From: Bacteroidia bacterium
GTDB lineage: Bacteria > Bacteroidota > Bacteroidia > Bacteroidales > VadinHA17
Assembly: GCA_026391215.1 (NCBI GenBank)
Contig: JAPLDX010000058.1
Coordinates: 82,119-146,118 of the forward strand
Direction: 5' to 3'
DNA length: 64,000 bases
The notes beneath the pieces were generated by a model, which searched no databases, was not told where the DNA came from, and saw only the letters and a program-made list of their open reading frames with translations. Made by a program: the position numbers and the translations under genes. Below are positions 1-9,016 of the stretch, piece after piece (position 1 is the stretch's first letter; the number at the start of each line of letters is the position of its first letter).

Positions 1-190
1 CAGCTTCATCCAGATCCTTTATAAACTCTCCCAGCACGTCCAGCGTAACAAGAATATTCTTATTGTTAAAATCTTTTGACACACGTATTGCGTCATCAAT
101 GGTCTCACCTGAAATATATGAGTGTGAAAAGAGCCATACGAATTTCTTTGGGAAATAGGGTAATATTGCAGCAATAAATTTGTTAAACAT
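1..190 (-). CDS. Proline dehydrogenase family protein (5' part; runs off window)
   Basis: Not in the ORF track. The reverse strand from ATG at 190 reads MFNKFIAAILPYFPKKFVWLFSHSYISGETIDDAIRVSKDFNNKNILVTLDVLGE. YISGET and TLDVLGE are typical PRODH N-terminal motifs. Confidence 0.85.
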   Translation of the reverse strand, partial: MFNKFIAAILPYFPKKFVWLFSHSYISGETIDDAIRVSKDFNNKNILVTLDVLGEFIKDLDEA

Positions 191-257
191 AATCTGTATT
201 AATTTAATAGGTTCATTTTATCAGGGGACTAATTAATATGAATTGAGTGCTTTTTTT

Positions 258-273
258 AATGACCTTTGTCATT
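258..273. promoter_or_regulatory. Palindromic operator candidate AATGAC-N4-GTCATT
   Basis: Perfect 6-bp inverted repeat between the minus-strand TATATTTG promoter element (290-297) and the PRODH start. Confidence 0.45.
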
Positions 274-330
274 GATTTAGGGTATATTGCAAATATAAAA
301 TTGTTTATTTTGAATTAATTTTTCAAACAA

Positions 331-358
331 TGCAACCATTTATTTTTATGGTATGTCT
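331..358 (+). promoter_or_regulatory. ECF-type (autoregulatory) promoter: -35 TGCAACC, 16 nt spacer, -10 TGTCT
   Basis: Matches the AAC/GTC ECF promoter architecture and lies 19 nt upstream of the likely sigma start at 377. Confidence 0.6.
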
Positions 359-376
359 TCAAAATGTCCTCAGTTT

Positions 377-940
377 ATGATGAGTGACGGGCAATTAATA
401 GAGGGTTGCGCCAGACATGACAGAAAAGCGCAGCAGGAGTTGTACAACAGGTACTCTGGTTTTTTGCTTGGTGTGTGCATGAGATATGCAACTGATAAAG
501 CTGAGGCAGAAGATATTTTGCAGGAAAGTTTTTTAAAGATTTTTTTCAATATAAAGGATTTTTCAGGAACGGGTTCTTTTATAGGCTGGTTGAGGAAGAT
601 TGCAGTGAATACAGCAATAACTCATTATCATAAACACCTTAAGTTCAGATATCATATTGAAATTGAGGAGTTTATATCAGTTGAAACGGGGGTTTCAAGT
701 TTTGAGGAAGACCTCTTTACATCTGATGAGTTGTATAAGGTTCTGAATGAACTGCCTGCAGGCTACAGAATGGTGTTTAACCTATATGCGGTTGAAGGAT
801 ATAAGCATAAAGAGATAGCCGAAATGCTGGGTATCGATACAAATACATCGAAATCGCAGTACAGCAGGGCAAAAGGAGTGATTAGGGAAAAGCTTGAAAA
901 ACTTCGTAAGCTGAAAGGCAAATATCCTGCAAGTGATTAA
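377..940 (+). CDS. ECF RNA polymerase sigma-70 factor
   Basis: AEDILQESFLKIF and WLRKIAVNTAI (region 2); LPAGYRMVFNLYAVEGYKHKEIAEMLGI..TSKSQYSRAK (region 4). The start is more likely 377/380 than 353, because 353 lies inside the promoter. Confidence 0.95.
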   Translation: MMSDGQLIEGCARHDRKAQQELYNRYSGFLLGVCMRYATDKAEAEDILQESFLKIFFNIKDFSGTGSFIGWLRKIAVNTAITHYHKHLKFRYHIEIEEFISVETGVSSFEEDLFTSDELYKVLNELPAGYRMVFNLYAVEGYKHKEIAEMLGIDTNTSKSQYSRAKGVIREKLEKLRKLKGKYPASD

Positions 941-966
941 TGAACAGAGATTGAATTTTTATAATA

Positions 967-2298
967 GTGAAAAGGAAGAAAGAAGATAAGGCATTGAATG
1001 AATTATTCCGGCAAAAGCTTGGAAATGCAGAGATAATTCCTTCGCCTTCTGTCAGCAAAGCGATGATGCGCAGGCTTGCAAGAAGAGAATTTCTCCATTT
1101 CAATACGGTCAGACTTAATATCTGGTACGCCAGCGGTGTAGTTGTAATCGGAGCTGCTCTTGCACTTATTCTTTCTTCCGGTCCTGGGAGCAATGATCAG
1201 AAACTACTATCCCCGGTTTCAGGCACGATCAATGAGACAGGTGTAATTAATGACAGGACCACGGATAAAACCGGTCTTCCGGATGTGAAGCAAGCCGTTG
1301 ATACGAGGGATTCACGGGTGAAAGTGAATGTCAGCTCTAAAAAGCCATCCACGAGAATTGATGATGATGGGATTATAAAGGAAAATCCAGAAAAGAAAGA
1401 AAATATTGTCTCCCCCACAGAGGTACCTTCCATTCCTGAAGGAGGTCTGTTCAAGGATGTCATTACTGAAAAGAACAAGATTCAGCCTGGTGCAAGAAAG
1501 ATTGATAACCTGATCGGAGCATCTGTTACGGAAGGATGCACTCCGCTTAAAGTTATTTTTAAAAACAGGGCACTGTCATACGATTCCTGCAGATGGACAT
1601 TTGGTGACGGTGGTCATTCGTACGATAAAAATCCTGAATGGTTATTTGATGTTGAAGGGGAATATGAAGTTATCCTTCAGGTCTTTAATCATACTGGCAA
1701 CCAATCATTATCTTCACTTATTATTAATGTTCATCCTAATCCTGCAGCACGTTTTGAGATTACTCCCGAGAATGCCCTGATACCTGACAATGAAATAACT
1801 TTCCTTAATTATTCTACAAACGCTGAAAAATACAATTGGGATTTCGGTGATGGGAGCACATCGGAACTCTTTGAACCCAAGCACTCTTACAGCAGGTATG
1901 GAAATCTTAATGTCAGGCTGATAGCCTCTTCAGAATATGGATGTTCCGACTCACTTGTTGTTCTTAATGCATTTGGATCAGGATACTATATCCGGTTCCC
2001 GAATGCATTTATGCCAAATCCAAATGGACCATCAGGTGGTTATTATTCCGCCAGTAGTGATGAATTCGCATACGTATTTCACCCAGTGTGTTCAGGAGTA
2101 TCCGACTATCAGCTGAGAATATTCAGCAGGAGGGGAATACTGGTCTTTGAAAGCAACGATGTGAATATTGGATGGGATGGTTATTATAAAGGTCAGTTTA
2201 GCGATCCCGGTGTATATATCTGGAAAGTACGAGGAAATTATATAAACGGGGAACCATTTACATTAATGGGTGATGTCACACTAATGAAGAATAAATAG
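967..2298 (+). CDS. Putative anti-sigma N-terminus + TM + two PKD domains + T9SS type-B (gliding-motility-associated) CTD
   Basis: N-terminal LNELFRQKLGNAEIIPSPSV; hydrophobic IWYASGVVVIGAALALIL; PKD motifs WTFGDG and WDFGDG; C-terminal FPNAFMPN...IFSRRG..VFES...GWDG.YKG...GVYIW...GDVTL. Confidence 0.85.
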   Translation: MKRKKEDKALNELFRQKLGNAEIIPSPSVSKAMMRRLARREFLHFNTVRLNIWYASGVVVIGAALALILSSGPGSNDQKLLSPVSGTINETGVINDRTTDKTGLPDVKQAVDTRDSRVKVNVSSKKPSTRIDDDGIIKENPEKKENIVSPTEVPSIPEGGLFKDVITEKNKIQPGARKIDNLIGASVTEGCTPLKVIFKNRALSYDSCRWTFGDGGHSYDKNPEWLFDVEGEYEVILQVFNHTGNQSLSSLIINVHPNPAARFEITPENALIPDNEITFLNYSTNAEKYNWDFGDGSTSELFEPKHSYSRYGNLNVRLIASSEYGCSDSLVVLNAFGSGYYIRFPNAFMPNPNGPSGGYYSASSDEFAYVFHPVCSGVSDYQLRIFSRRGILVFESNDVNIGWDGYYKGQFSDPGVYIWKVRGNYINGEPFTLMGDVTLMKNK

Positions 2299-2440
2299 TA
2301 TTCTTCTGAGATTCCCTGAAATCCGGCTTTTGCATTCATCATTCAAAACCGGACGTTCATCACAATTAAACCTCCATTCATTAAAAAACTTAATGAAACA
2401 TATCACTTTTGACGGAAATTTTCGTTAAAATGAATGATTT

Positions 2441-3484
2441 ATGATCGGATTTCACTATTTTCGTCAACCTAAACCAATGGGAGTGACATTGCTGAGGAGG
2501 ATTATATATATATGTTTACTGACTTTTCTCCTGTTTTTAGATGGTTTTAGTCAGGATCCGACATTCTCTCAATTTTATGCCAATCCGCTTTATTTATCAC
2601 CATCTTTTGCCGGTGCCACTGAGGAATACCGCCTTGGAATGAATTACAGGGACCAATGGCCGGCAATCCCCGGGGTATTCCGTACATACAGCATTTCGTT
2701 CGATAAAGCAATGATCAATTTCAATTCAGGAATTGGTGTTCTTGCAACATATGATGTTGCAGGTACCGGAGAATTGAGCACAACAAATATCGGACTTCTT
2801 TATTCCTACGATTTCAATATCAACAGGGAATGGCATATCAGGCCGGGAGTGAACTTCAAATTTTATTACCTGGGTCTCGATCTTGCAGCACTCACATGGA
2901 GCAGCAGTTTAAGAGGAGGGGGAACACCTTCACCTACAATTCATCCTCCTGCGTTTGATAAAGTTGCTGACGTCGATTTTGCAACATCCGCTCTGGTTTA
3001 TAACGACAGATACTGGGGAGGTTTTACTCTTGACCATCTCCTGGTGCCCAAAACATCATTCTATGGTACAGAAGGCACCACTGTGCCGATTAAATTCAAC
3101 CTCTATGGAGGTATGCAGATCATTAAAAAAACAAGGCTGAGAACCAAACTAAAGGAGGTGCTTTCAGTTGCATTTAATTTCCAGACACAGGCTAAGTTTT
3201 TCCAGACAGATATCGGATTATATTATTATAAAGATCCTCTGATTTTCGGATTATGGTACAGGGGAATCCCTCTCATAACATCCCAGGCAGGAGATGCAAT
3301 AATAGGACTTGTGGGTATCAAAACCAATCAGCTTCATATTGGATATAGTTACGATTTCACTATCTCGAACCTGATCAGCTCATCAGCCGGAGCTCACGAA
3401 ATCTCTCTTATTTATGAATTCACATCATTTACTGTCGGCTCACAACGAAAAAAGATCAGAGCTCTTCCCTGCCCGGAATTTTAA
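2441..3484 (+). CDS. PorP/SprF family type IX secretion membrane protein
   Basis: QDPTFSQFYANPLYLSPSFAG, YRDQWP, IGYSYDFTIS...GAHEISL and C-terminal CPEF. The true start is probably 2477-2489. Confidence 0.93.
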   Translation: MIGFHYFRQPKPMGVTLLRRIIYICLLTFLLFLDGFSQDPTFSQFYANPLYLSPSFAGATEEYRLGMNYRDQWPAIPGVFRTYSISFDKAMINFNSGIGVLATYDVAGTGELSTTNIGLLYSYDFNINREWHIRPGVNFKFYYLGLDLAALTWSSSLRGGGTPSPTIHPPAFDKVADVDFATSALVYNDRYWGGFTLDHLLVPKTSFYGTEGTTVPIKFNLYGGMQIIKKTRLRTKLKEVLSVAFNFQTQAKFFQTDIGLYYYKDPLIFGLWYRGIPLITSQAGDAIIGLVGIKTNQLHIGYSYDFTISNLISSSAGAHEISLIYEFTSFTVGSQRKKIRALPCPEF

Positions 3485-3528
3485 TTTACGGCCGGACCCT
3501 TTACCATATAATTTTAATTTCAGGCTGC

Positions 3529-3558
3529 TTATAGTGCTATTTGTTATAGTGCTATTTG
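3529..3558. repeat. Exact 15-bp tandem duplication TTATAGTGCTATTTG x2
   Basis: Seen directly, just upstream of the TATATTTG promoter element at 3568-3575. Confidence 0.9.
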
Positions 3559-3610
3559 TTTAATTGTTATATTTGCGCCTGACTATTGTTTAACAAATAT
3601 TTATTGGACG

Positions 3611-4213
3611 ATGAAGAAACTTTCTGTTATACTGTTTTCTGTTATATTCCTGGCTATAGCGCTTCTATATTTCTTCTATTTCACAGGAATTGCAAAAGGT
3701 AAAAAAAGCGATAAAAAACCAGAGCAGTCTGAAGTTGCAGCTGCAGGAATAGCATATGTAAATGTAGATAGCCTTATCACTAAGTTCGATATGTTCTTTG
3801 ATCGCAGGGATGAACTGATGGAAAAGCAGAATAAAGCCGAAGCCGAACTAAATTCAAAGGCAGGTCAGTATGAAAAAAATGCAAGGGATTATCAGGAAAA
3901 GGTAACAAAGGGACTTGTAACAAGAGCCACAGCAGCAGAAATGGAACAGGCCCTTATGCAGCAGCAGCAGGAACTGATGAACCTTCGTGATAACCTTCAG
4001 TCGAATCTTCTTGAAGAGGAACAGGTTATGAACAGGCAGATACTTGAGTACATTACCTCTTTTCTTGAGGAGAGCAAATCGGAATACAATTATCAGTATA
4101 TTCTGGGCAAGAGCTTTGGCGGCCAGGTTCTCTATGGAGATTCCGCTCTTGACATCACACAAAAAGTGCTTGATGCGATAAATGCCAAGTATCAGGCAGA
4201 GAATAAAAAATAA
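3611..4213 (+). CDS. skp: OmpH/Skp family periplasmic chaperone
   Basis: IAYVNVDSL, coiled coil, YQYIL...VLYGDSALDITQKV. Confidence 0.9.
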   Translation: MKKLSVILFSVIFLAIALLYFFYFTGIAKGKKSDKKPEQSEVAAAGIAYVNVDSLITKFDMFFDRRDELMEKQNKAEAELNSKAGQYEKNARDYQEKVTKGLVTRATAAEMEQALMQQQQELMNLRDNLQSNLLEEEQVMNRQILEYITSFLEESKSEYNYQYILGKSFGGQVLYGDSALDITQKVLDAINAKYQAENKK

Positions 4214-4215
4214 TC

Positions 4216-5487
4216 ATGGGTTTCGCCTCGTCATGGCTGAACCAGAGGGCTTTATTCCCTGAAATTATAGAAGAGGCGCCTGATAATCAAACAGGTATCA
4301 TAGTTGTTGTACCTGCTTTTGATGAACCGATAGTCACTCCTCTCCTCAATTCCCTTAGTTCATGTACGGATCCGGAATGTAAAACTGAGGTGCTGTTCAT
4401 AGTAAATGCACCGAAAGATGCGTCAGCTGAAAGCATGATCAACAATGAAAAGTGCATTCAGAACATAGAGAGCTGGAAAAATAGTAACAAAAGTTTTTTC
4501 CGGCTTTTTGTTTTTGATGCGGGGCAATCCCAGAAAGAAGGATGGGGGGTGGGGCTGGCAAGAAAAACAGGTATGGATGAAGCAGTCCGGCGATTCAGTT
4601 CAATAGAGAAACCTGATGGTGTGATAGTCTGTCTTGATGCAGACTGTACTGTGGAACAGAATTATTTTACTTCAATCTGTAATAAGCTTCTGAAGAATAA
4701 GGAACATACTGCATGTTCAGTATATTATGAACATCCCCTTGCAGGAGGAGAATTCCCTGAGAGGATATACAGGTATATTGTACAATATGAGCTTCACATG
4801 AGGTATTTTGTTCAGGGTCTTAAATACGCAGGATTTCCTTATGCATTTCATACTGTCGGATCTGCCCTGGCTGTAAAAGCGCTTCAATATGTCAAAGCAG
4901 GAGGGATGAATCGCAGGCAGGCAGGCGAAGACTTTTATTTTGTTCAGAAGCTGATCCCGTCAGGAGGTTATTTTGCACTTAATACGACGACAGTTTACCC
5001 ATCACCAAGAGAATCTTTCAGAGTGCCATTTGGAACAGGAGTGATGATGGCCAGGCTTATGGTTGAAGCGGAAGAGCAGCTCATGACTTTTAATGTTGAT
5101 GCTTTCAGAGAGCTGCGGATATTTTTTGATATTGCTGAAAAATTGTATGAAGCCGGCAAACTTGAAATAATGGATCTTTATAAGATGCTTCCACCTGGAG
5201 TTAAGTCCTTTATTGAGGCAAATGAATGGGCAGAAAAAATCTCAGAGATAACAACCAATACCTCCTCGCATGAATCATTCATGAAAAGGTTTTTCAACTG
5301 GTTCAACATGTTCAGGATAGTAAAGTATTTGAATTATGTTCATACAGGGGTATTCAATAAAAAAGCAGTTGCAGATTCTGCCTTTGAGCTTCTCGGAATT
5401 TCAGGATCGCACTTCGCTTCGTCAGGTCCCTTGGAACTGCTGTTATATTACAGATCGCTGGAAAAAGATGCACCGGGGAGAGATTAA
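4216..5487 (+). CDS. Glycosyltransferase family 2 (GT-A fold)
   Basis: VVVPAFDE, GVGLARKTG, DADC (DxD) and AGEDFYF. Confidence 0.85.
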   Translation: MGFASSWLNQRALFPEIIEEAPDNQTGIIVVVPAFDEPIVTPLLNSLSSCTDPECKTEVLFIVNAPKDASAESMINNEKCIQNIESWKNSNKSFFRLFVFDAGQSQKEGWGVGLARKTGMDEAVRRFSSIEKPDGVIVCLDADCTVEQNYFTSICNKLLKNKEHTACSVYYEHPLAGGEFPERIYRYIVQYELHMRYFVQGLKYAGFPYAFHTVGSALAVKALQYVKAGGMNRRQAGEDFYFVQKLIPSGGYFALNTTTVYPSPRESFRVPFGTGVMMARLMVEAEEQLMTFNVDAFRELRIFFDIAEKLYEAGKLEIMDLYKMLPPGVKSFIEANEWAEKISEITTNTSSHESFMKRFFNWFNMFRIVKYLNYVHTGVFNKKAVADSAFELLGISGSHFASSGPLELLLYYRSLEKDAPGRD

Positions 5488-5822
5488 TTATTCTTTCTGC
5501 TGATTTCCCGGTCCTCCCGGGGAGTGAGTATTATATAAAGATCTTCGTCAGGTTTTTTCATGCGATATTGTTCCCTGGCAAATTTCTCCAGGTTCTCATT
5601 GTTTGTCTTAAGCTCCCTGAGCTTCTTCCTGTCAATCTCAACCTTATTTAAATAATACTCCCTTTCACTCTTCAGCTTTTTAAGCTCCCGGATCTCTTTG
5701 TACCTGGATATCAGGTTATTTGAATCCAGAAATAATAACCATATCAGGAAGATAAGGATTGTAAGAATATATTTATTCCTGAAAATTACCGGGATCTTGT
5801 CTATGAACTTAAACCTTAACAT
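5484..5822 (-). CDS. ftsB: Septum formation initiator FtsB/DivIC family
   Basis: TM helix, coiled coil and LEKFAREQYRMKKPDE. Confidence 0.88.
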   Translation of the reverse strand: MLRFKFIDKIPVIFRNKYILTILIFLIWLLFLDSNNLISRYKEIRELKKLKSEREYYLNKVEIDRKKLRELKTNNENLEKFAREQYRMKKPDEDLYIILTPREDREISRKNN

Positions 5823-5848
5823 TCTTATGCAAACCTACAACTATTTTT

Positions 5849-6052
5849 TTATCCTCCGCTCATGAGGTAGAGCATCTGAACATTATCTCCTTCATGGATA
5901 ATCGTGGTATCATATTTCTCTTTAGGTATCAGTGAACCGTTAATCTTTATTATTCTCATCCTGAATGAGAATTTCTTCAGTTCAATCATCCTGGTGACGC
6001 TTATTGTCTCCTCCGCGAATTCCTCTTTCCTGTTATTCAGTATTATTTTCAT
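5849..6052 (-). CDS. thiS: ThiS/MoaD-type sulfur carrier
   Basis: Ubiquitin-like, about 67 aa, C-terminal GG. The start is MKIILN at 6052. Confidence 0.88.
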   Translation of the reverse strand: MKIILNNRKEEFAEETISVTRMIELKKFSFRMRIIKINGSLIPKEKYDTTIIHEGDNVQMLYLMSGG

Positions 6053-6066
6053 AAACGTCAATGTTC

Positions 6067-6654
6067 TTATTTCTTAAGCATCAGGATCTCGATAACTGTA
6101 TTTGCCTGCATGTTTGCAACAATACCAACCCTTGGTGCCATTGGAGGAAAGTCTTCACCGGCAGTTGTCAGTTCATCGCCACAGATGTAAAGGGTATCAT
6201 CAATCTTCCTTGATCTTATGCTTTCATTGTTCCCGTAGCCGGCAAGCCCTGAACCGATAATTACCGGAATCCCCGGCATTTTTAGCTGGATTGTCTCAAT
6301 AAGCATTTCCTTCATTTCGTCACTGTCAAAAGCTTCAACAATGACATTACAACCAGCAAAAACCCCTGGTATATTCGATATATCCAGCGTTACACAGTGA
6401 GTAATTACGCTTACATTCGGATTGATACGCAAAATATTTTCTTTAATTGCATCGGTTTTCAGCATTCCTTCCTGATCAGAAAAATAGTACTGACGGTTCA
6501 GGTTTGCCGGTTCAACTACATCAAAATCAGCTATGACCAATGTTCCGATGCCGCACCTGGCAAGTGCAACGGCACAGTTTGATCCAAGTCCTCCTGCCCC
6601 TGCTATCCCGACACGGAATTTACGAAGATGTGATTCAATTTCAGAAAATCTCAT
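6067..6654 (-). CDS. thiF: Sulfur-carrier adenylyltransferase ThiF/MoeB family
   Basis: GIAGAGGLGS, DFDVVEPANLNRQ, VEAFD and APRVG. Confidence 0.9.
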   Translation of the reverse strand: MRFSEIESHLRKFRVGIAGAGGLGSNCAVALARCGIGTLVIADFDVVEPANLNRQYYFSDQEGMLKTDAIKENILRINPNVSVITHCVTLDISNIPGVFAGCNVIVEAFDSDEMKEMLIETIQLKMPGIPVIIGSGLAGYGNNESIRSRKIDDTLYICGDELTTAGEDFPPMAPRVGIVANMQANTVIEILMLKK

Positions 6655-6681
6655 TAAAACAGATCATTATGAATACAGTAA

Positions 6682-6810
6682 CAAATATACGATTTGTAAA
6701 ATATGTTGTAATGTTGAAAAACTGTAAGAAACTAACAATACCGGTAACTTATTGACTTATCTCATACTGACTTATATCATACTGAACCTGACTGAAATTT
6801 CGTAACTTTG
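6682..6810. promoter_or_regulatory. Divergent Bacteroidota promoters with tandem 15-bp repeats
   Basis: TATATTTG on the minus strand (6682-6689) and TAACTTTG on the plus strand (6803-6810). TGACTTATCTCATAC and TGACTTATATCATAC lie between them at 6753-6782. Confidence 0.6.
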
Positions 6811-6855
6811 ACTTATTGGTCATTACTGCAGCAATAAACTTAAAATTGAATATTT

Positions 6856-9009
6856 ATGGATATCGGATCGATTAAAGCCCAGCACAAGCTTTTAAAGGAG
6901 TGGAAATACAATTGGACTCCACTTGACAAAGGCTATACAGACAAGATCCTCTATATAAATGTTGGTACTACAGAGATAAAGGCTAAGAATGTTCCTCCAG
7001 TGATGAAAGAAAAATTTATTGGAGGGAAGGGATATGGACTAAGGCTCCTCTGGGATGCAACAAAACCTGACACTGCATGGGATAGCCCTGATAATGAGAT
7101 AATTATTTCATCAGGTCCTATTGGCGGCATAACGCAATACTCCGGATCCGGCAAATCACTGGTGGTAAGCCTTTCACCCCAGACCGGCTCCGTTATGGAC
7201 AGTAATGTAGGCGGTTTTTTTGGCCCTTTCCTTAAGTTCTCAGGTTTTGATGCCCTCGAGATGCAGGGCAAAGCTGAGAAAAACGTGATAGTATTCATTG
7301 ATGGGATAAATCATAAAGTGGAGATATTTGAAGCTCCGGCCGAAGCCATTGACAGTCATGTCCTGGCAGAACAGTTAACGGAGATGTTTGCCGATAATGA
7401 CAGTGAAAAGAAGAATATCGGGGTAGTCTCTTCAGGATCAGCAGCTGAACATTCTCTTATAGGTATGCTCAACTTCAGCTTTTATGACTTAAAACGAAAG
7501 AAAGTCCGTATGAAGCAGGCCGGAAGGGGAGGTATAGGAACAGTCTTCCGTAATAAAAAGATCAAGGCTCTGGTATGTAAAATTCCAGGCGTAAAAGGGA
7601 ATCTTAATAATGTAGTTGATCTTGAGGTAATTATGGAAAGGGGCAGAAGATTCAACAAGGAGATCCGTGAGCTTGATGATAAGCAGTGCCAGATGCGTCA
7701 GGTAGGTACGGCGCACCTGATGGAAATAATGAATGACCATGATCTTCTTCCTGTACATAATTACAAGTTTGGCAGTCACCCCGATGCATATAAGATCGAT
7801 TCATCGGTGTGGAAGAATAACTTCACCCAGAATAACCCGGATGGCTGCTGGGTAGGCTGTAATATGTCGTGCTGTAAGGCAGTCGACGATTTTGAAATAA
7901 AGACTGGTCCCTATAAAGGGAAAAAGGTGATCGTCGATGGTCCGGAGTATGAAAATGCGGCCGGACTTGGGTCAAACTGCGGTATTTTTGATCCCGGGTA
8001 TATTATTGAAACGAATTTTTACTGTGATACATACGGTATCTGTACAATAACATGGAGCACTCTCACGGCATTCATAATGGAATGCTATGAGAATGGTATC
8101 CTGAACAAAGAGAGAACAGGCGGCCTTGAATTGAAATTTGGAAATTCTGCCGCTGCTCTTGAGCTTATCCATCAGCTGGCACGCGGTGAGGGATTCGGCA
8201 AGATAGCAGGATTGGGAGTCCGCAAGATGAAAGAGCTGTTTATCAAAAACGAATGGGGCGACGCAGGTTTTCTCAATGATATTGGGATGGAAAACAAAGG
8301 CCTTGAGTATTCACAGTACATGTCGAAGGAATCTCTTGCCCAGCAGGGAGGATTCGCACTTACAAACAAAGGGCCCCAGCACGATGAGGCATGGCTTATA
8401 TTCATGGATATGGTCAACAACCAGATACCAACCTTTGAAAATAAAGCCGAAGCGCTTCATTATTTCCCTATGTTCAGGACATGGTTCGGACTTGTCGGAT
8501 TATGCAAGCTCCCGTGGAATGACGTTGAGCCTGAAAACAATGCCCAAACTGCTGAACCTGCAAAAGTGCCGGAACATGTTGATAACTATGTGACTATCTA
8601 TAAGGCAGTTACAGGCCGTGAGTTCGACAAGAAGAGGCTTATTGAAGATTCAGAAAGAGTATATAATTTCCAGCGGGTATTTAACCTCCGGCGCGGATTT
8701 GGAACCAGGAAGTGGGACAGGCAGCCCTATCGTGCTGCCGGACCTGTGACAAAGGAAGAATACGAATCGAGAGCTGAACGATATGACAAGCAGCTAAAAG
8801 AAAAGGTAAATATTGATCCCGCCGGAAAAACCACCGAGAAGAAATTGAAGATCATGCGTAAATACAGGGAGGATCAGTATGAAGGGCTTCTTGATGCTGT
8901 TTACCTGAGGCGCGGATGGAACAACAACGGAGTGCCTAAAATTGAGTTCCTGAAAAAGATAGGAATGGACTTTCCCGAAGTGATTGAAGTTGTCAGCAAC
9001 TATCAATAG
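6856..9009 (+). CDS. aor: Aldehyde:ferredoxin oxidoreductase (AOR/WOR family, tungstopterin)
   Basis: FIGGKGYG, SPQTG..MDSNVGG.FGPFLKFSGFDA, AGRGGIG, the Fe-S motif CWVGCNMSC, GPEYE, CDTYGI, GLCK and RRGWNNNGVP. Confidence 0.92.
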   Translation: MDIGSIKAQHKLLKEWKYNWTPLDKGYTDKILYINVGTTEIKAKNVPPVMKEKFIGGKGYGLRLLWDATKPDTAWDSPDNEIIISSGPIGGITQYSGSGKSLVVSLSPQTGSVMDSNVGGFFGPFLKFSGFDALEMQGKAEKNVIVFIDGINHKVEIFEAPAEAIDSHVLAEQLTEMFADNDSEKKNIGVVSSGSAAEHSLIGMLNFSFYDLKRKKVRMKQAGRGGIGTVFRNKKIKALVCKIPGVKGNLNNVVDLEVIMERGRRFNKEIRELDDKQCQMRQVGTAHLMEIMNDHDLLPVHNYKFGSHPDAYKIDSSVWKNNFTQNNPDGCWVGCNMSCCKAVDDFEIKTGPYKGKKVIVDGPEYENAAGLGSNCGIFDPGYIIETNFYCDTYGICTITWSTLTAFIMECYENGILNKERTGGLELKFGNSAAALELIHQLARGEGFGKIAGLGVRKMKELFIKNEWGDAGFLNDIGMENKGLEYSQYMSKESLAQQGGFALTNKGPQHDEAWLIFMDMVNNQIPTFENKAEALHYFPMFRTWFGLVGLCKLPWNDVEPENNAQTAEPAKVPEHVDNYVTIYKAVTGREFDKKRLIEDSERVYNFQRVFNLRRGFGTRKWDRQPYRAAGPVTKEEYESRAERYDKQLKEKVNIDPAGKTTEKKLKIMRKYREDQYEGLLDAVYLRRGWNNNGVPKIEFLKKIGMDFPEVIEVVSNYQ

Positions 9010-9016
9010 ATGAGAT

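Noticed and set aside
5849-6855. Thiamine operon with a TPP riboswitch
   Set aside because: No thiC/E/G/H is present and no TPP aptamer motif is visible upstream. The context is pterin cofactor genes.
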